A stretch of 64,000 nucleotides of DNA from Lama glama (Eukaryota), in assembly GCA_028534125.1 (NCBI GenBank), contig CM052832.1:22756001-22820000 (forward strand), read 5' to 3'. Every line of letters starts with the position of its first letter. The stretch's first letter is position 1. Made by a program: the position numbers and the translations under genes. Positions 12,330 through 24,355 of the stretch are shown piece by piece. Below the pieces are notes generated by a model that did no database searches, was not told where the DNA came from, and worked only from the letters and a program-made list of their open reading frames with translations.

Positions 12330-12530
12330 GAATCGTTGCCTGTGGCAGTGACACTAATTTGTATCTGGGTATGAACTTAAATGAAAACATGAATTGAACT
12401 CATTACACGAGGAAGGAAACACTGCCAAATTTAACAGGCTGAAATTCCAGCAGGGTGTCAGGTTTTATGGGGCCGGAGTGAAATACCTCATAGAAAGGTT
12501 TCCAGTTCATAAAACACTTTCCAAACAGGC
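12330..12530. promoter_or_regulatory. Candidate conserved non-coding element
   Basis: Repeat-free; gtgacactaatt, tcatta and tgtcaggttttatgg (TALE/Meis plus posterior Hox/Cdx-like motifs). Confidence 0.3.
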
Positions 12531-12784
12531 TCAGCTCTTCTAAGTGGACAGGACGTGATCTTTTCTATCCGTAGCATTTCTCTGCAAACTGAGCTCACAT
12601 ATCCTTTGGGCTGACTGCACAGACAACAGAAGAAAGAAGTGGAAGGAACTTGGACTCAGGATTGCCTCCCTGAAAAGGTTTCCTTCAGGTGGAATTATGT
12701 GCGAACAAATGACATCAGAAAATGGTGTGTCGGTGCACCTCTGCCAGCGCCGTGCGGCTCGGCTTGTTTTCACAGGTTATCTGA

Positions 12785-13070
12785 TTAGTTCAACAAATAT
12801 GTCGTGAGTTCCCATCACACTTAGGTGCCGTTCTAGGCAGTGGAGGTACGGTGGTCAGTTAGACAAGTCGACCCTCACGGGGCCTGCATTGCAGAAAGAG
12901 AAGAAAACAGCACGTAAATGATCAGAAAATATCTTGTCAAACGTCAGGTGGTGATTGCTGCTGTTAAGCAAATGGGGTCGAGGGTGTGGGGTGACACTGT
13001 AGACTGTGTGTTTTGCGAAGGGTTTTCTGAGGTGGTGACTTTTGAACAGAGGCTTAAATGAAGTGACCTA
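12785..13070 (-). mobile_element. L2 3' portion
   Basis: ttcaacaaatatgtcgtgag...gtgccgttctaggcagtggaggtac...ttctgaggtggtgacttttgaacagaggcttaaatga is the antisense L2 3' end. Confidence 0.85.
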
Positions 13071-15039
13071 TCTGCTGAATCCAGAAAGCCTAATTTTACA
13101 GATTTTGAAAGAGGGTGGGCTGCCATAAGCTAGCAAAAGGGTTAGGAAGGTATTTTGATTCAAAGATGCCCAGTTTAAATACCCATAAGAATGGTCCCTT
13201 CTCTCCCCCCGTGTGGCCCTTTCGGTGGGAACCTGGGTAGCGCCTTAAACGTTTTCTTGGGAATTTTCTTGCGTGTGCGACACAGTAACCAGTGTGGGTT
13301 CCACTGTCTGCTGTCTTGACCTCTTTCTACTTGCTGGCAAGAAGCAGAAGCTGTGAAATTGGCATGTAGAAACGTAAAATGATTTTACACCTTTCAGCCC
13401 GGGCAGAAGATGGCAGAGAGATGGGGGGCAGGGGGACAGGAAAACAAGACATGAAAAACAAAAGGCGCAGTCTGAGTGAGCTCTCTTTTTGGTTTTCTAT
13501 TTGTCTTGCGATAGCTTCCTCACTGGCCCTGTTAAAAAGTAAACATCTCTGCAGACTTACTTTTCCTTCAGCAGGTGCAGTAAGGCTTACTAAAGTGTCT
13601 CTTCCCTCCTGCAAGGTGCAAACTCCGCCTTAGCAGATTTGAAGGCTTTCACATAATTCAGATAGCAATGGAGGTTTTAACTTGGTCAACATCAACCTGC
13701 AGACCAGGAACCTTTCGCACATGGAACACTTCCTTAGAATAAAACTGAGGAGAAGAATATTTGCCAAACCTAGACTACAAACGATTTATTTAGAAGTACA
13801 GAATGTAAAAACCAAACCAAACCAAACCCAGATTTATTTCAAAAGATGATAACATGATGATTATTGACTTTTACTCCTAAATTACTGATTTGTTTAAATA
13901 GCAAGATAATGTTAGATGTTTACAAGTGTCTGTATCTTGGAAGTGTTTCTTGTCTGAACTAAAGCTCATCCTCCTTTCTAAGGAGCAGATTAGGAGCTAG
14001 TGCCTGCATGGGTGTGCGTGTGCATCGATGTGTCTTTAGTGACATACGACCACATGAGGCTCATTCTAGGGTCAGGACGTCTAGAAGACGTCTAATCTGA
14101 ACATGAAAATTGAGAATGGAATTTAAGTAACTCGTTTCTGCCCAGGCACTCTTCTGTCTGTGGGAAGCTTTGCTGGTGAGCTCACTTACCTTCACGCTCA
14201 GGTCTAGCTGATGACACGCTCGGATGACAACCGTGACCCTGACTTTGAAGATGTCTAAGCTGCCCTTTTCTCTGAGACTGTCCTTAGTGCCTTCCACGAA
14301 CCTGGAGTCCTCTGTGATATCCGACAGACACCTTATTTTCTGTTACTCACCAAAATACTGATAACCTAATGTGCACCCTTCAGAGTGGGAAGGTAGCAAG
14401 GGAATTGAATATATGATGTTTGCATTCTCTCTTAGAATTATACCAAATCCAGTGTAGCTGATTTGAATTTTGCTTTTTTAAATTAAAAAAAAATACAAAA
14501 TCTTTTTTCTGGTTTGGCAACTAGGACACTGGTTAGAACGAATAATGATTATTTGTGTTCTGATGTAAGAATGATTTGCACTGGACTGAAAAGAGCTGGA
14601 GATGAAACCCCAGATTCTTCACTGGTTGAGCTCTAAAAAGAGGGACAGTAGTCATCTGGGGGGGACTGCAGATGCCGAATTAACCTGATTCTACTTTGAC
14701 AGCTGTGATTCGTTGTGCATGGCTGTCCACGTATACGTACCCCAGAAACAAAATTCCTGGATTCTGACTAAAATTTACACAAGAATTTATATTCTCGGAT
14801 GTATAGAGAATGTAAGTGCTATTTGAAGAAAAGAATCCAATGGCAGTAGTGTTGACTAGTGTTAAGAAGAAGAAGAGTTAAAACATTTTAAGTACAATTA
14901 TAATCTTTTTATTTCAGAAATTATCATTTAAATTCTAATATATTAATAGTACCTCATTTTTTTCTCCATGGATTCATACAGTGGAATTCTATTTCTGTCT
15001 CCAAGTAAAGGCCTATAATTACATCAGACCGACACAGCG

Positions 15040-15240
15040 ATTTATCACGTGTCTGCTGTGTGGCACAGACTCTGAGAGTCCCTTTCACCTATACAATTTA
15101 ATTTAATCATTTCAACAATCAGAAACATAGCATTGTTATCTTTGTTCTGTAGATAGAAAAAATAAAAAGAGGCCCCAAACGCTTCCGTGGCTTAGCCAAC
15201 ATCATACACAACCAGGAAACCAGGTTTTCTGATTCTAAGT
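15040..15240 (-). mobile_element. MIR SINE
   Basis: atttatcacgtgtctgctgtgtggcacag...atttaatcatttcaacaa...tgtagatagaaaaa...ccaggttttctgattctaag. Confidence 0.7.
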
Positions 15241-15632
15241 TTAATACTTAATATATTGCCTTCCCCATAAGAATTGTTAGAAATAGTTTAATAATCATGC
15301 ATAAGGCTTTTTCCATTGCCTCTGTAAAGTAGCACTGCCCCAAAGCTTAGATGTAATTAATGAGGTAAACGTTTAAGCTTTATTTGGTCTATCTTCAAGA
15401 CTTTGGCTTAGTAAATTTTTTGTTGACTAAATATTAGAAAAGTAGTTGTTTAATGAATTATTTCTTGAGCATCTATGACTGACTGTCCAGTGCCATAATC
15501 TCCAAAGCATGGGTTTCTGTTAAAATCTAAGTGGGAGCTAAGAGCTTGGAATTAGCATCCCAGCAGAGTCTCCCCACCCCCACCCTGCCGCCATGTCCAA
15601 ACCTTTCTACCAGTTGTGCATTAATTCTAAGA

Positions 15633-15810
15633 CCAGAAATGGCTACATAATTTGCAAGGTCAGTGCAAAATAACAATGTAGGGTCCCTTGTCCAAAAAGT
15701 ACCAAGAATATCAAGATGGCAACAGTAGAGAGTTAAGCCACGCCCAGGACCTTTCTGAGCTTGGGGCTCTGTGTGAGTGAACAGGTTATATTCTTGTAAA
15801 ACCATTTAGG
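15633..15810. mobile_element. MER45A-like hAT-Tip100 element
   Basis: ggctacataatttgcaaggtcagtgcaaaat...cccttgtccaaaaa...aagaatatcaagatggcaacagtagag closely follows the MER45A consensus as I recall it. Confidence 0.75.
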
Positions 15811-16239
15811 TCTAAAGAAATAGATGTTGACTTTAGTATCCTCAGAATATAGCTCAAAGAAATAGACCATGATGAAGCTTACTGATTCAGCGGCATCAAA
15901 GAAAAAACTGAAAGGGAGTGTACAAGTGCTTAGGAGTAAGTGTAGACCAACCTCAGGTCTGGGTCTGGATTCAGATTCACTGTTAGTATCGCCGCCTCTC
16001 AGGGAAGAATGGCAGGATGACGGAAGAAAGCAAAAGACTTTGTCTTCCGTGCACAGGCTGAGAGCAGTGTGGACAGTGCTTCTGTAAACGTCCCGCTGAA
16101 TAGATTATTTAAGTGACATTTATCCCTGTACCTCTTCTCCTGTCCCCAGAGATGTGGCATTGTTCCCTAGTTACAGTGTCTACAATGTAGCTTAAGGGGT
16201 TTTGTGGAAATGACCTTTGTATCATCTCTTTAATTGAAA

Positions 16240-16360
16240 ACCCTCTAGGTTAGAAGGGCAGGAACCATGCCGGTCTTTATTCACTGTCCTTTCCCCAAGC
16301 CCCAGTACCTGCCTGCCACCTAGTACATGCTCAGTAAGGATTTGCTGAGTGACTGAAATG
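16240..16360 (+). mobile_element. L2 3' end
   Basis: agggcaggaaccatg...ttattcactg...ccccagtacctgcctgccacctagtacatgctcagtaaggatttgctgagtgactgaa. Confidence 0.8.
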
Positions 16361-16739
16361 TTGAATAATTGAAAGAAGGTCGGAGGGAAGTAGTAAGACT
16401 GACATTTAAGTGATTATGGGAGTGGATATTGTGGTAGAAGGGTTAGTTCTGTTCTCCAGACTCTGCAAGAGAGCAAGTAAAAAATATCAAGTTTTTTATT
16501 GTGAATCTAGTGACATCAGTACTGTATCTCTGTGCCAACATATTGGTTTGCTTGTTTTTGTTTACATTTTCCCAAGGGAACTGCTTCAGTAATAACGAAA
16601 GTCAGGGAAGTAAGTAAGGGGATTGCAAAGGTTTCCCAGCTGATTCTGCCAATTGAAATGTTTTTATTGTGCTGGTTTGGGGAACAGAGTGAGTGTCAAA
16701 GCTGAAATTAGGTCAGTATAAGTTTGTGCGCATGCATGT

Positions 16740-16743
<4 letters not shown>

Positions 16744-16801
<58 letters not shown>

Positions 16802-16804
16802 ACA
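16744..16804. repeat. (CA)n microsatellite
   Basis: Directly visible. Confidence 0.97.
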
Positions 16805-16959
16805 CTACCCTCATCAGTAAATTATTTGAAAAATAAATGAAATAGGGGTCGAATTTGGGAACGTGAAACAGATAGCATGCTTTTTGTGCTTTGAGAGTAG
16901 ATCCAAAAAGTAAGCAGGCAAGTCCAGCAAAACTTGGAGACCTCAGAAAGCCACCAGTG

Positions 16960-17400
16960 TACACAGGAGGCTGACGTTGAGTTTTTTTTTTTCCTTTTCT
17001 TCCCCTCACGTGCAGTCCAATAGCAACTAATCCCGGAGAACTAAAAATACACAAGGTGCACAGTAACTCCCTTCTTCGACCCTTTCTGTAATGTGTACAG
17101 ATCTGACTGGTAAAAGACTCAGCTCACTCGGCAGAGAGCTGGCCCCTGTTGGTGGCATCTGGCCGTGGAGTTTTCGCAAGGAGAGCAGTGGGGCCGGGCT
17201 GTCCCCGTCCTTTTCTGCGGGAGGCGGAGCCGCGGGAGCCTGAGCGGTAGCAGCGGGCAGCCTGGGGTGCGTGGGGCGCTGGGTCTGCAGGCGCCTGACA
17301 AGCGGAGGCTGCAACGGGGTGTTGGGAAGCCTGGCTTTCTCCCCCAGCGCCCTCTTGTTCTGCAGTTCCCTGGCACTGCGTGGGAGCCACGCAGGCGAAT
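16960..17400 (+). promoter_or_regulatory. Small CpG island / putative promoter and first exon
   Basis: GC- and CpG-rich 17130-17400 in an AT-rich background; upstream E-box CACGTG 17007-17012, CCAAT 17017-17021 and RFX-like half-site TAGCAAC 17021-17027; G-rich + strand; possible donor GGG|GTGCGT at 17266/17267. Confidence 0.6.
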
Positions 17401-17579
17401 TAAATTCTCTCTAGAGGTTCAGCCTTGTAGAGAGGTGAAAAACCTCATCTCTCGGCTGCAGTATTTGTCACTGGCTCTGCCCTTCCCCGAGGCAAGCTGT
17501 TGGACATCCAACAGCCAGACTGGTCAAGAGTGACGTGTTTCCTTTGTATTTACATATTGATTCTTTTTAACTCTTTCAG

Positions 17580-17715
17580 GATTGTCCCAATCAGTTTTGG
17601 ACAGACTTTGGGCCCCACGTTGGTACAGACTAATTTCCATGGCTACTCCTCCATAAGTGAATTTGCCATTCTCTGGCTCCAGAAGGACTTGGATCTGGGA
17701 TGACCAGAGCATCAG
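17580..17715 (+). ncRNA. Candidate internal non-coding (lncRNA or 5'UTR) exon, 136 nt
   Basis: Strong acceptor ttctttttaactctttcAG and donor CAG|GTACTT; stop codons in all three frames. Confidence 0.4.
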
Positions 17716-18174
17716 GTACTTCTCAGAGTTTTGTACACTTGCTTTCTCACTTTTTATATTTAAATATGGAGTTATGCGAATCATTGTCTTGTTATCTTTG
17801 AAACCATTAATTTCGCAACCACTGTGCGTTTCCTGTGTGCTTGTCCTGTTGGTCAGTATCATTGCATTGTGTTTGAGAATTCTTACAATGGCCACGTTAA
17901 GGTACAGATTTGTCAAAGTGAAACTTCATTCACCAAAAGAAGAAGGATTTTTAAATTAGTCCAGGTCATTGGTTGGTTTGCAGATTTTGCTAATAACTGT
18001 AGCCTCTCAGGTAAGAAAGCTACAGGTTATCTAGCACCTGTAAATAAATTCGAATCTCTGGCCAAAGAGATTAGAGCCTTGGTTAGGAGAGGAGTTCCAG
18101 GGAAAATGCTGTGGTCTTTAAGAAGTCATGGATCAGGGAGAGTAGACTGGAGTCAGGTGAATGGAGTTCTCTCT

Positions 18175-18300
18175 AAGAGAGCAAGGAAGAGAAAGGAGGG
18201 AGAGAAAAAGAGGAAGAGAAAATGGGAGAGAGTGAAAAAAGAAGGGAAAGAAGGAAGGGAAGGAAAGAAAGAAGGAAGGAGGGAAGGAAGGAAAGGAGGC
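18175..18300. repeat. Polypurine (GGAA/GAAA)n low-complexity tract
   Basis: Nearly pure A/G run, directly visible. Confidence 0.9.
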
Positions 18301-18614
18301 TGATTCTATAGGATAAAAACTGTGAGTTTGACATTGGCCCAAGAAAGAATTCTAGATTGGATTAACAAGATGATGCTTTGTAAGCACTTAAAGCACTTAA
18401 GCTAGAAGAGTGAATCTGGGCTTCAGGAAAACATATGACTTTTCTTGTATGCTTATTATTACACAGTTAGGTAGAGTAGTCATTGATTGAACAAGACATA
18501 TACACGGGGTGCTTGCAGTGTGCTAACGCTCTTGTAGGATGTCATGGTCCCTTTCCTTGGCCCTGTCCTGTTCCATGTCCTGTTCCGTGTGAGTTTGATG
18601 AGAACAGAAAGCCG

Positions 18615-18838
18615 TGGAAGACACAGATTCTGGAGCCAGATTGTCTAGTTTTGGATCCTGGCTCTGCCACTTACCAGCTCTGTGACGTTAGGAATTTAAT
18701 CTTTTTGTACTTCAATTTCTTCATCTATAAGATGAGAATAACAATAATGTCCATTTCATAATTTTACTGTGAATATTAAGTGAGTTTAAAATGCTTAAAA
18801 CAAGGACTGGCATAGAAGCAGCACTAGTGTTAGCTGAT
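18615..18838 (+). mobile_element. MIR SINE, near full length
   Basis: agattctggagccagattgtctagttttggatcctggctctgccacttaccagctctgtgac...tcatctataagatgagaataacaata...ctggcatagaagcagcact. Confidence 0.9.
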
Positions 18839-18919
18839 ATCAACACCAGTAATAAAGATACATAGATGATGTACTTACAAAGTGTATTGAAACAAAGATA
18901 CAGTGAGTTATAAACTAAT

Positions 18920-19560
18920 ATAGGAAGCTGAATGTAACAAGATGAAATTTAACACGAAGAAATAAGAGGTCCTATATTTGAATCCTCAAAAGCAAATTGG
19001 ATTAGAATTGACTTCCAGCTCAAAAGAAGCCATTTATTCGTTGGTCCTTAAGCACCAACCACTGGCCAGGCTCAACGTGAAGTGTTATTTAAGAGAAAGA
19101 ACCAGAGCTAGAGTGAGATTCAGACTGAGGTTGCATCAGTGGGGCAGCGCGAGTATATTCTCCAAACCAGGTCATGTGCTGCCCCCGTCCACCACATCTT
19201 GAGCCTTGAGCACTGGATTCAGTTCTGGCCTCCACATTCTAAGAGAGATATTGACAAATTGCCAAGTATTCAAAGAATACCTGTTGGAGTGGCAAGGGGA
19301 TTTGTAGCCATGATGTGTAACACAGCATGAAGGAATCAGGGATGTGCGGACTGGAGAGAACAGGGAAAGGAAGGCTGACGATAAGTGTGCTGGAACAGGC
19401 CAAATTTAGGACTGTTGTTTCAGCGTAATAATTGTACATTGTGTTCTGTTTCACATTCAGAAGTGCCCCGGTTTGGACAGTTAAAACTATGAGCTCTCTA
19501 ATGATGGCCTGCAAACATTTTCAGAGCTGTCTTAGAGAGGATGAATTAGACTTATTCCTC
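18920..19560 (+). mobile_element. L3/CR1 LINE fragment
   Basis: aacaagatgaaatttaacac...gaggtcctatattt; attcagttctggcctccacattctaagagagatattgacaaattg (CR1 QFWxPHxKRDIDKL motif seen in ORF 19139-19330); gaattagacttattc. Confidence 0.85.
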
Positions 19561-19564
19561 CACC

Positions 19565-19990
19565 AAGTCTCATGTTTGTAGGCGACCGCGATGTAAGTTG
19601 AAATATCTCAAGCAAACAAGAGGGCTTAAGGGCTCCCGTAACCAAGTTGTGAGGAAGGCAGAGCAGGGCTAGCCCTGGGGGAGACAGGACCAAGGCGGTC
19701 TCTTTCTCTGCCTCTCCCCTCTCTCACTCTCATCCCTGCTTTTGGAACAGACTTCATATTCCCCTGCTGCTGCCGGCTGCTCTGAACTCTCATCCATCAA
19801 GCCTAGGGACCAGAGAGAAAAGGACTCTCCTCACTGCCAGCTCAGCCAGAAAAATCCCTGGAAAAGACATTGGCTCGGTGTGTTTGGTCACGAACAAGGT
19901 AAGGGGTGGGGTGAGGAGATGTGCAGGCCAGAATAACCGAATAACCACTCTAAAGCGCTGTCACCCTGGGAAAGGCACAAAGAAACAGAC
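19565..19990. mobile_element. Ancient MaLR (MLT1-type) LTR interrupting the L3
   Basis: MLT1-like phrases (ctcaagcaaacaagaggg...ggctcccgtaacc...ggcagagcagggc...cattggctcgg) between two L3 segments; boundaries approximate. Confidence 0.4.
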
Positions 19991-20029
19991 TCCAGCTCAA
20001 TTTGACTATGGAAGCAGCCTCTGAAGGTA

Positions 20030-20155
20030 AGGTTCTGATCATTGGAAGTGTTTAATTGCTAGCAGGTGGTGACCTGCTGTGTAGAAGGGTTCATGTGTGG
20101 GGTTTAGAATTTGACTAGAAAATCTTTAAATGTCCATATGATTCCAAGATGCTTT
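20030..20155 (+). mobile_element. L3/CR1 3' end
   Basis: tcattggaagtgtttaa...tgtagaagggttc...ttgactagaaaatctttaaatgtcc...ttccaagatgct. Confidence 0.55.
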
Positions 20156-20769
20156 ACTTCTATAAATTTTCAGTATTGGGTTTTTTGCATAATTAATTTC
20201 AAAGAATCCAGGTTCCAAGTATAAGAAATGAAATAATCACCACTCTTCAAAATTGCACTGAATCCCAAGGGACCTGAGGATTACTGCAGAACTATGAGAA
20301 GTGACCCAACAAAGGTATGTAATAAATTTAAACCGTATTCTCTAGGGCTTCTTTATATTCTGCAGTTTTCTGATTCCATAAGACCAGCTTCTGCGATGCT
20401 GAACGTAACTAAAATTCTTTAAAAGTCACATTGAGTACCAGAGGAAGGGGAACCTTTCCGAACTGGCAGCGGTGAGGACTGTGGTCATGAAATAAAAATG
20501 TTAAGTGAAGGTTCGACAAGATCTCTCTCTAAATTTTGTTCAGTCTCCTCTCAAAGATTACAAAGCAGGGAGATGTTATGGTAACAGACACTGTGTTATG
20601 TAGTAATGTATGCTGGTGCGTATGCAGTGGGAACATACATCTCCATACATCTGCCCAGTCACCCCATGCTGAGTACTGTCCTGCCCTCTCCCTCTCTCTC
20701 TCTCTGTATCATATGCTGGATTCTCTCTCTTTAAATATGTAATATATAGATACTTAGAGAAATGGATGC

Positions 20770-20790
20770 TGTATTAGTTTGTTAGGGTTG
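20770..20790 (-). mobile_element. MLT1A-type LTR, left piece (split by the ERV)
   Basis: tgtattagtttgttagggttg matches the MLT1A terminus tgtattagtttgctagggctg; continues at 25973. Confidence 0.75.
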
Positions 20791-21290
20791 TGTAGGGGAA
20801 GAAGAAGTTTTTCTGACTCTCGTGGTGCCCCTGGCTGTGGCTGAAAATTAAACTGATAAAGACAGATTAAGAGGAGAAAAGCACACAGACGTATTTCATG
20901 TTGAGTTTTATGTGCCATGAGAGTCTTCATAAGGAAATGAAGACCTGAAGAAACAGACCTTCTGTTTTATGCTGGGGTTGACGAGGCGTGGACGGTCACG
21001 AGGAATCTGATAGGACAGAGGCTGTGAGGGAAGTGCAGGAAACTGGCGGAAGTTACCAAGATCTGTTTGTTCGGCTTCTTCTCGGTCTCACTTTGTCTTC
21101 AGAGATAAGGATGCTCCTTCCCTCCGAGTGTGGGAAAGGCACCTCTCATGCACCTCTCACAGGAGGGTTTTATGATCTGTTTCTGGGGACGAGGGCAGAG
21201 TGACCTTCCTGCTTCTGCCATTTTCCCGAATGTCCTTTAGCTTAAAATATTCAGTATGCCAAGGTAGCATATTTGTGTCCTGAGTATTTG
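20791..21290 (-). mobile_element. 3' LTR of MER34-like ERV1 provirus
   Basis: Begins tgtaggggaagaagaagttt and is colinear with the copy at 25495-25972 (aaactgataaagacagattaagaggagaaaagca, ttcataaggaaatgaagac, cctttagcttaaaata, tgtgtcctga); its right tip appears eroded. Confidence 0.85.
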
Positions 21291-22902
21291 GACATTTGAC
21301 GAAATGGGATCACAGATCATTATGAACTAGTGTTGAAAAGATTGTTTTCTTAAGTAATCGAAGGCCTGCTGAAGACAGTGTGAAGAGCAGTGGGTTACTG
21401 TAAGACACAAAATCTTGGTTTCCCAGGCAAACTACTTAAAAGGTAAAGCACCCCCCCTTTTAAAAAATAGTTTCTTATCAAGAGCAGACCAATAACCTGA
21501 GAGAAGTTGGTTGTTTTAGCAAAGAGAGAAAACCTGACTCTGGTTTTGCACCAATGGACTTTGGACATTTAGGTTCATTAAAAAAAGAAACTTATAAATA
21601 AGCCTGTTTAATCTTAGCAGCTTAACCACACATGGAATTTCTTTTCTGCAACTCTCTACATTTTTTTTTCCATCTGATTTTTGTCTCGTATGTTTTCTCT
21701 TTCTCATTCTGGGACCGTGAGTCTTTCTACTCTAGGACAAGATTACTCTTTCCCTTAAATAGGTCCTTGGTACTTTCCTTGGCAAAAAGATATCTTCCTT
21801 TCCTAAACAAAGCATTTTTATCCTATTCTTCATCGTAATTTTTTTATACATATATATTGATTACAAATTTTAACCATTAAGTAACCTTTCTTTTCAGTGA
21901 AAAATAGAAAGTGAGCAATTGGGAATTATCTTCCACATACTCTAATTCTGTAGTCAAGCTGCAAAGACAGCCTTTCATAATTTCTAGAGGCATATGTATT
22001 TTCACCGTACAACTTCTCATGCTTATTAACTGACCCAAATATATTTACCTTCTCTACATCATGTAAAAACAAGATGCCGAAAGTAAATAAACTTTCGTTC
22101 AGCTGTTAATATTTTAGTACTTTATCTTATTTGGAAATAATCTATACATTCAATGGATATTCATCACTTTTAACTTTGTATAGCTTTAAGGTTTTAAGTT
22201 ATCAAAAAGATTTTTAAGTAAACATACTATAAAACATAATCATTGTTGAAAAGTTAATTTATAAACTTTTATCCCACATACATCTATTTAATTCACGTGT
22301 TCTTAGCTAGACTGGAATTGCTCATGAAAATTTCATGAGACAGAAAACAAAGCTAGTCATCATCTGAAGTTGTTTTTCTTGTTGACAAAGTACGCAAGTA
22401 TCAAAATATCACTGAAGCGAAGAATCTAGAAAGTTAAACATATGGTTCTTCCCTTCCCCCTTTTTTTTTTTTAACTGCCGTGCCTGACGTGCATCAAGCA
22501 ATTAATTCATGTTTATTGTACATTTAATTCTTAAGGTGGATTTATAGTTTTATAAATTTTAAACATCTAGTGGAGATAACATACGCTTATTTGAGTAGTA
22601 AACTTAGGTAGAAAAAAATTGTATCTCTGTATTATATTTAATGCTGACAACTCTGAAGAAATGCCTATTTTTACTTCACCAACAATTTCAAAACTAGCTT
22701 TGTTTATCAGAGAGTATCCCAGATAGTGTGAATTTCAGAACACATGTGGGTTAGGTTCTGTATTTCTGAGAGTTTTGGGAAAACTGAATTCGTATGAGTG
22801 CTCATTTACATCTAAGCCAACGTGAATAGAACTCCTGTAAGAAATTTAGTAGATTAATCTGGTTAGACTATTTGGAGGTAGAAAAAAATCACATATACAT
22901 TT

Positions 22903-22927
22903 TACACACACACACACACACACACAC
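22903..22927. repeat. (CA)n microsatellite
   Basis: Directly visible. Confidence 0.9.
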
Positions 22928-23805
22928 GTATAGACAGATTCAGAGAACTTTTAGCTTTCGTTTTAAAATTTTAGCAATGTGTCAGATGCTTTAATATCTA
23001 AAATCTACTGTAGTTACTATTTAAAAATCTCCTTTTTTTTTTTTTTTTTAATTTCAAGTGCAGGGTAGTTCTCTTTCCAGTGTCCTGGTCTTTTACAGTA
23101 TCTGCAAGCCTTTTGAAATGAATGGGTGAGGTTTTGGAAATGGTAAAGATAGACGGGCTTTGAATTGCTTTTCAAGCTGCATTTCTGGCTTTGTAAAGAC
23201 GCAATTTGTAAGACAGGGACGGTTGTTTATAATTCTTCAAAGGACTGGGTCGCAGCCTGAACGTTATCCAGGGGCTGACCTGCCCATCCAGCTGCATTAC
23301 ATTCACTTTGCTGCTTTCTGTCAGGGAGATTCCCGACTAAGATGGACATCAAAAGATCCCTGTGTTCTAGATTCAAGGCAGTGTGTCTTTGAAATGTTTT
23401 TAAAAAATTGTTCCACGTAGGCTTCAGGACGTGTTCTTTTCCTCTGAGTCCATAGTTCCATTTTAGGGTAGGAAAGAAGGCCTTATATAAACAGTTTCTG
23501 TCAGACTCAGTATCAGCCGCTAATCCAAAAAACTTCTGACCATAGAGCTTCTTAAAAAAAATCGTTTCAAATATTTAAACCAAAGGTATATCCATCAAGA
23601 GACTGGAAACCAAAATCTATACTTAACCAGGGAAGCAAGAGGCACCCCCAAAGAGGGTATAAAAGATGCTGACCTCCCAAGATCCAGAACCGCCCTCAAA
23701 GATAGCCAAGAGAAAGACAGACAGACAACTCCCCTGAGAGCTGGCAGTGGTCAGTAGGATATTAACTGAAAACGGGATGCAACCCACAGTTCTGTCTAGC
23801 CATAT

Positions 23806-23812
23806 ATATATA

Positions 23813-23849
<37 letters not shown>

Positions 23850-24314
23850 TTTTTTTTAATTGAAGTATAGTCAGTTTACAATGTTGTGTCAATTTCTGGT
23901 GCACAGCACAATGCTTCATTCGTACATGAACATATATGTATTCATTTACATATTCTTCTTCACCATAAGTTACTATAAGATATTGAATATAGTCATGAAC
24001 TTGCTTATTTATTTTATATATATCAGTGTCTGCAAATCTCGAACTCCCAACTTATGCCTTTCCACCCGCCCCCCCACCCCCAATAACCATAACTTTGTTT
24101 TCTATGTCTGTGAGTCTGTTTCTATTCTGTAAATAAGTTTGTTTATCTTTCTTTTTAGATTCCACATCTAAGTGATATCATAATGATATTTTTCTTCCTC
24201 TTTTTGGCTTACTTCACTTAGAATGATGATCTCTAGGTCCATCCATGTTGCTGCAAGTGGCACAAATTTATTCTTTTTATGGCTGAGTAGTATTCCATTG
24301 TGTATGTATGTGTC

Positions 24315-24355
<41 letters not shown>

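Noticed and set aside
17027..17533. Overlapping ORFs across the CpG island
   Set aside because: Expected from stop-codon scarcity in GC-rich DNA; no recognisable protein similarity.
17824..18303. 159-aa ORF with a K/R/E/G-rich tail
   Set aside because: The tail is the polypurine repeat, the start is non-ATG, and there is no recognisable domain.
21440..21470. Polypurine-tract-like AAAAGGGGGGG on the minus strand
   Set aside because: About 150 bp from the LTR boundary rather than adjacent, so not called as the proviral PPT.
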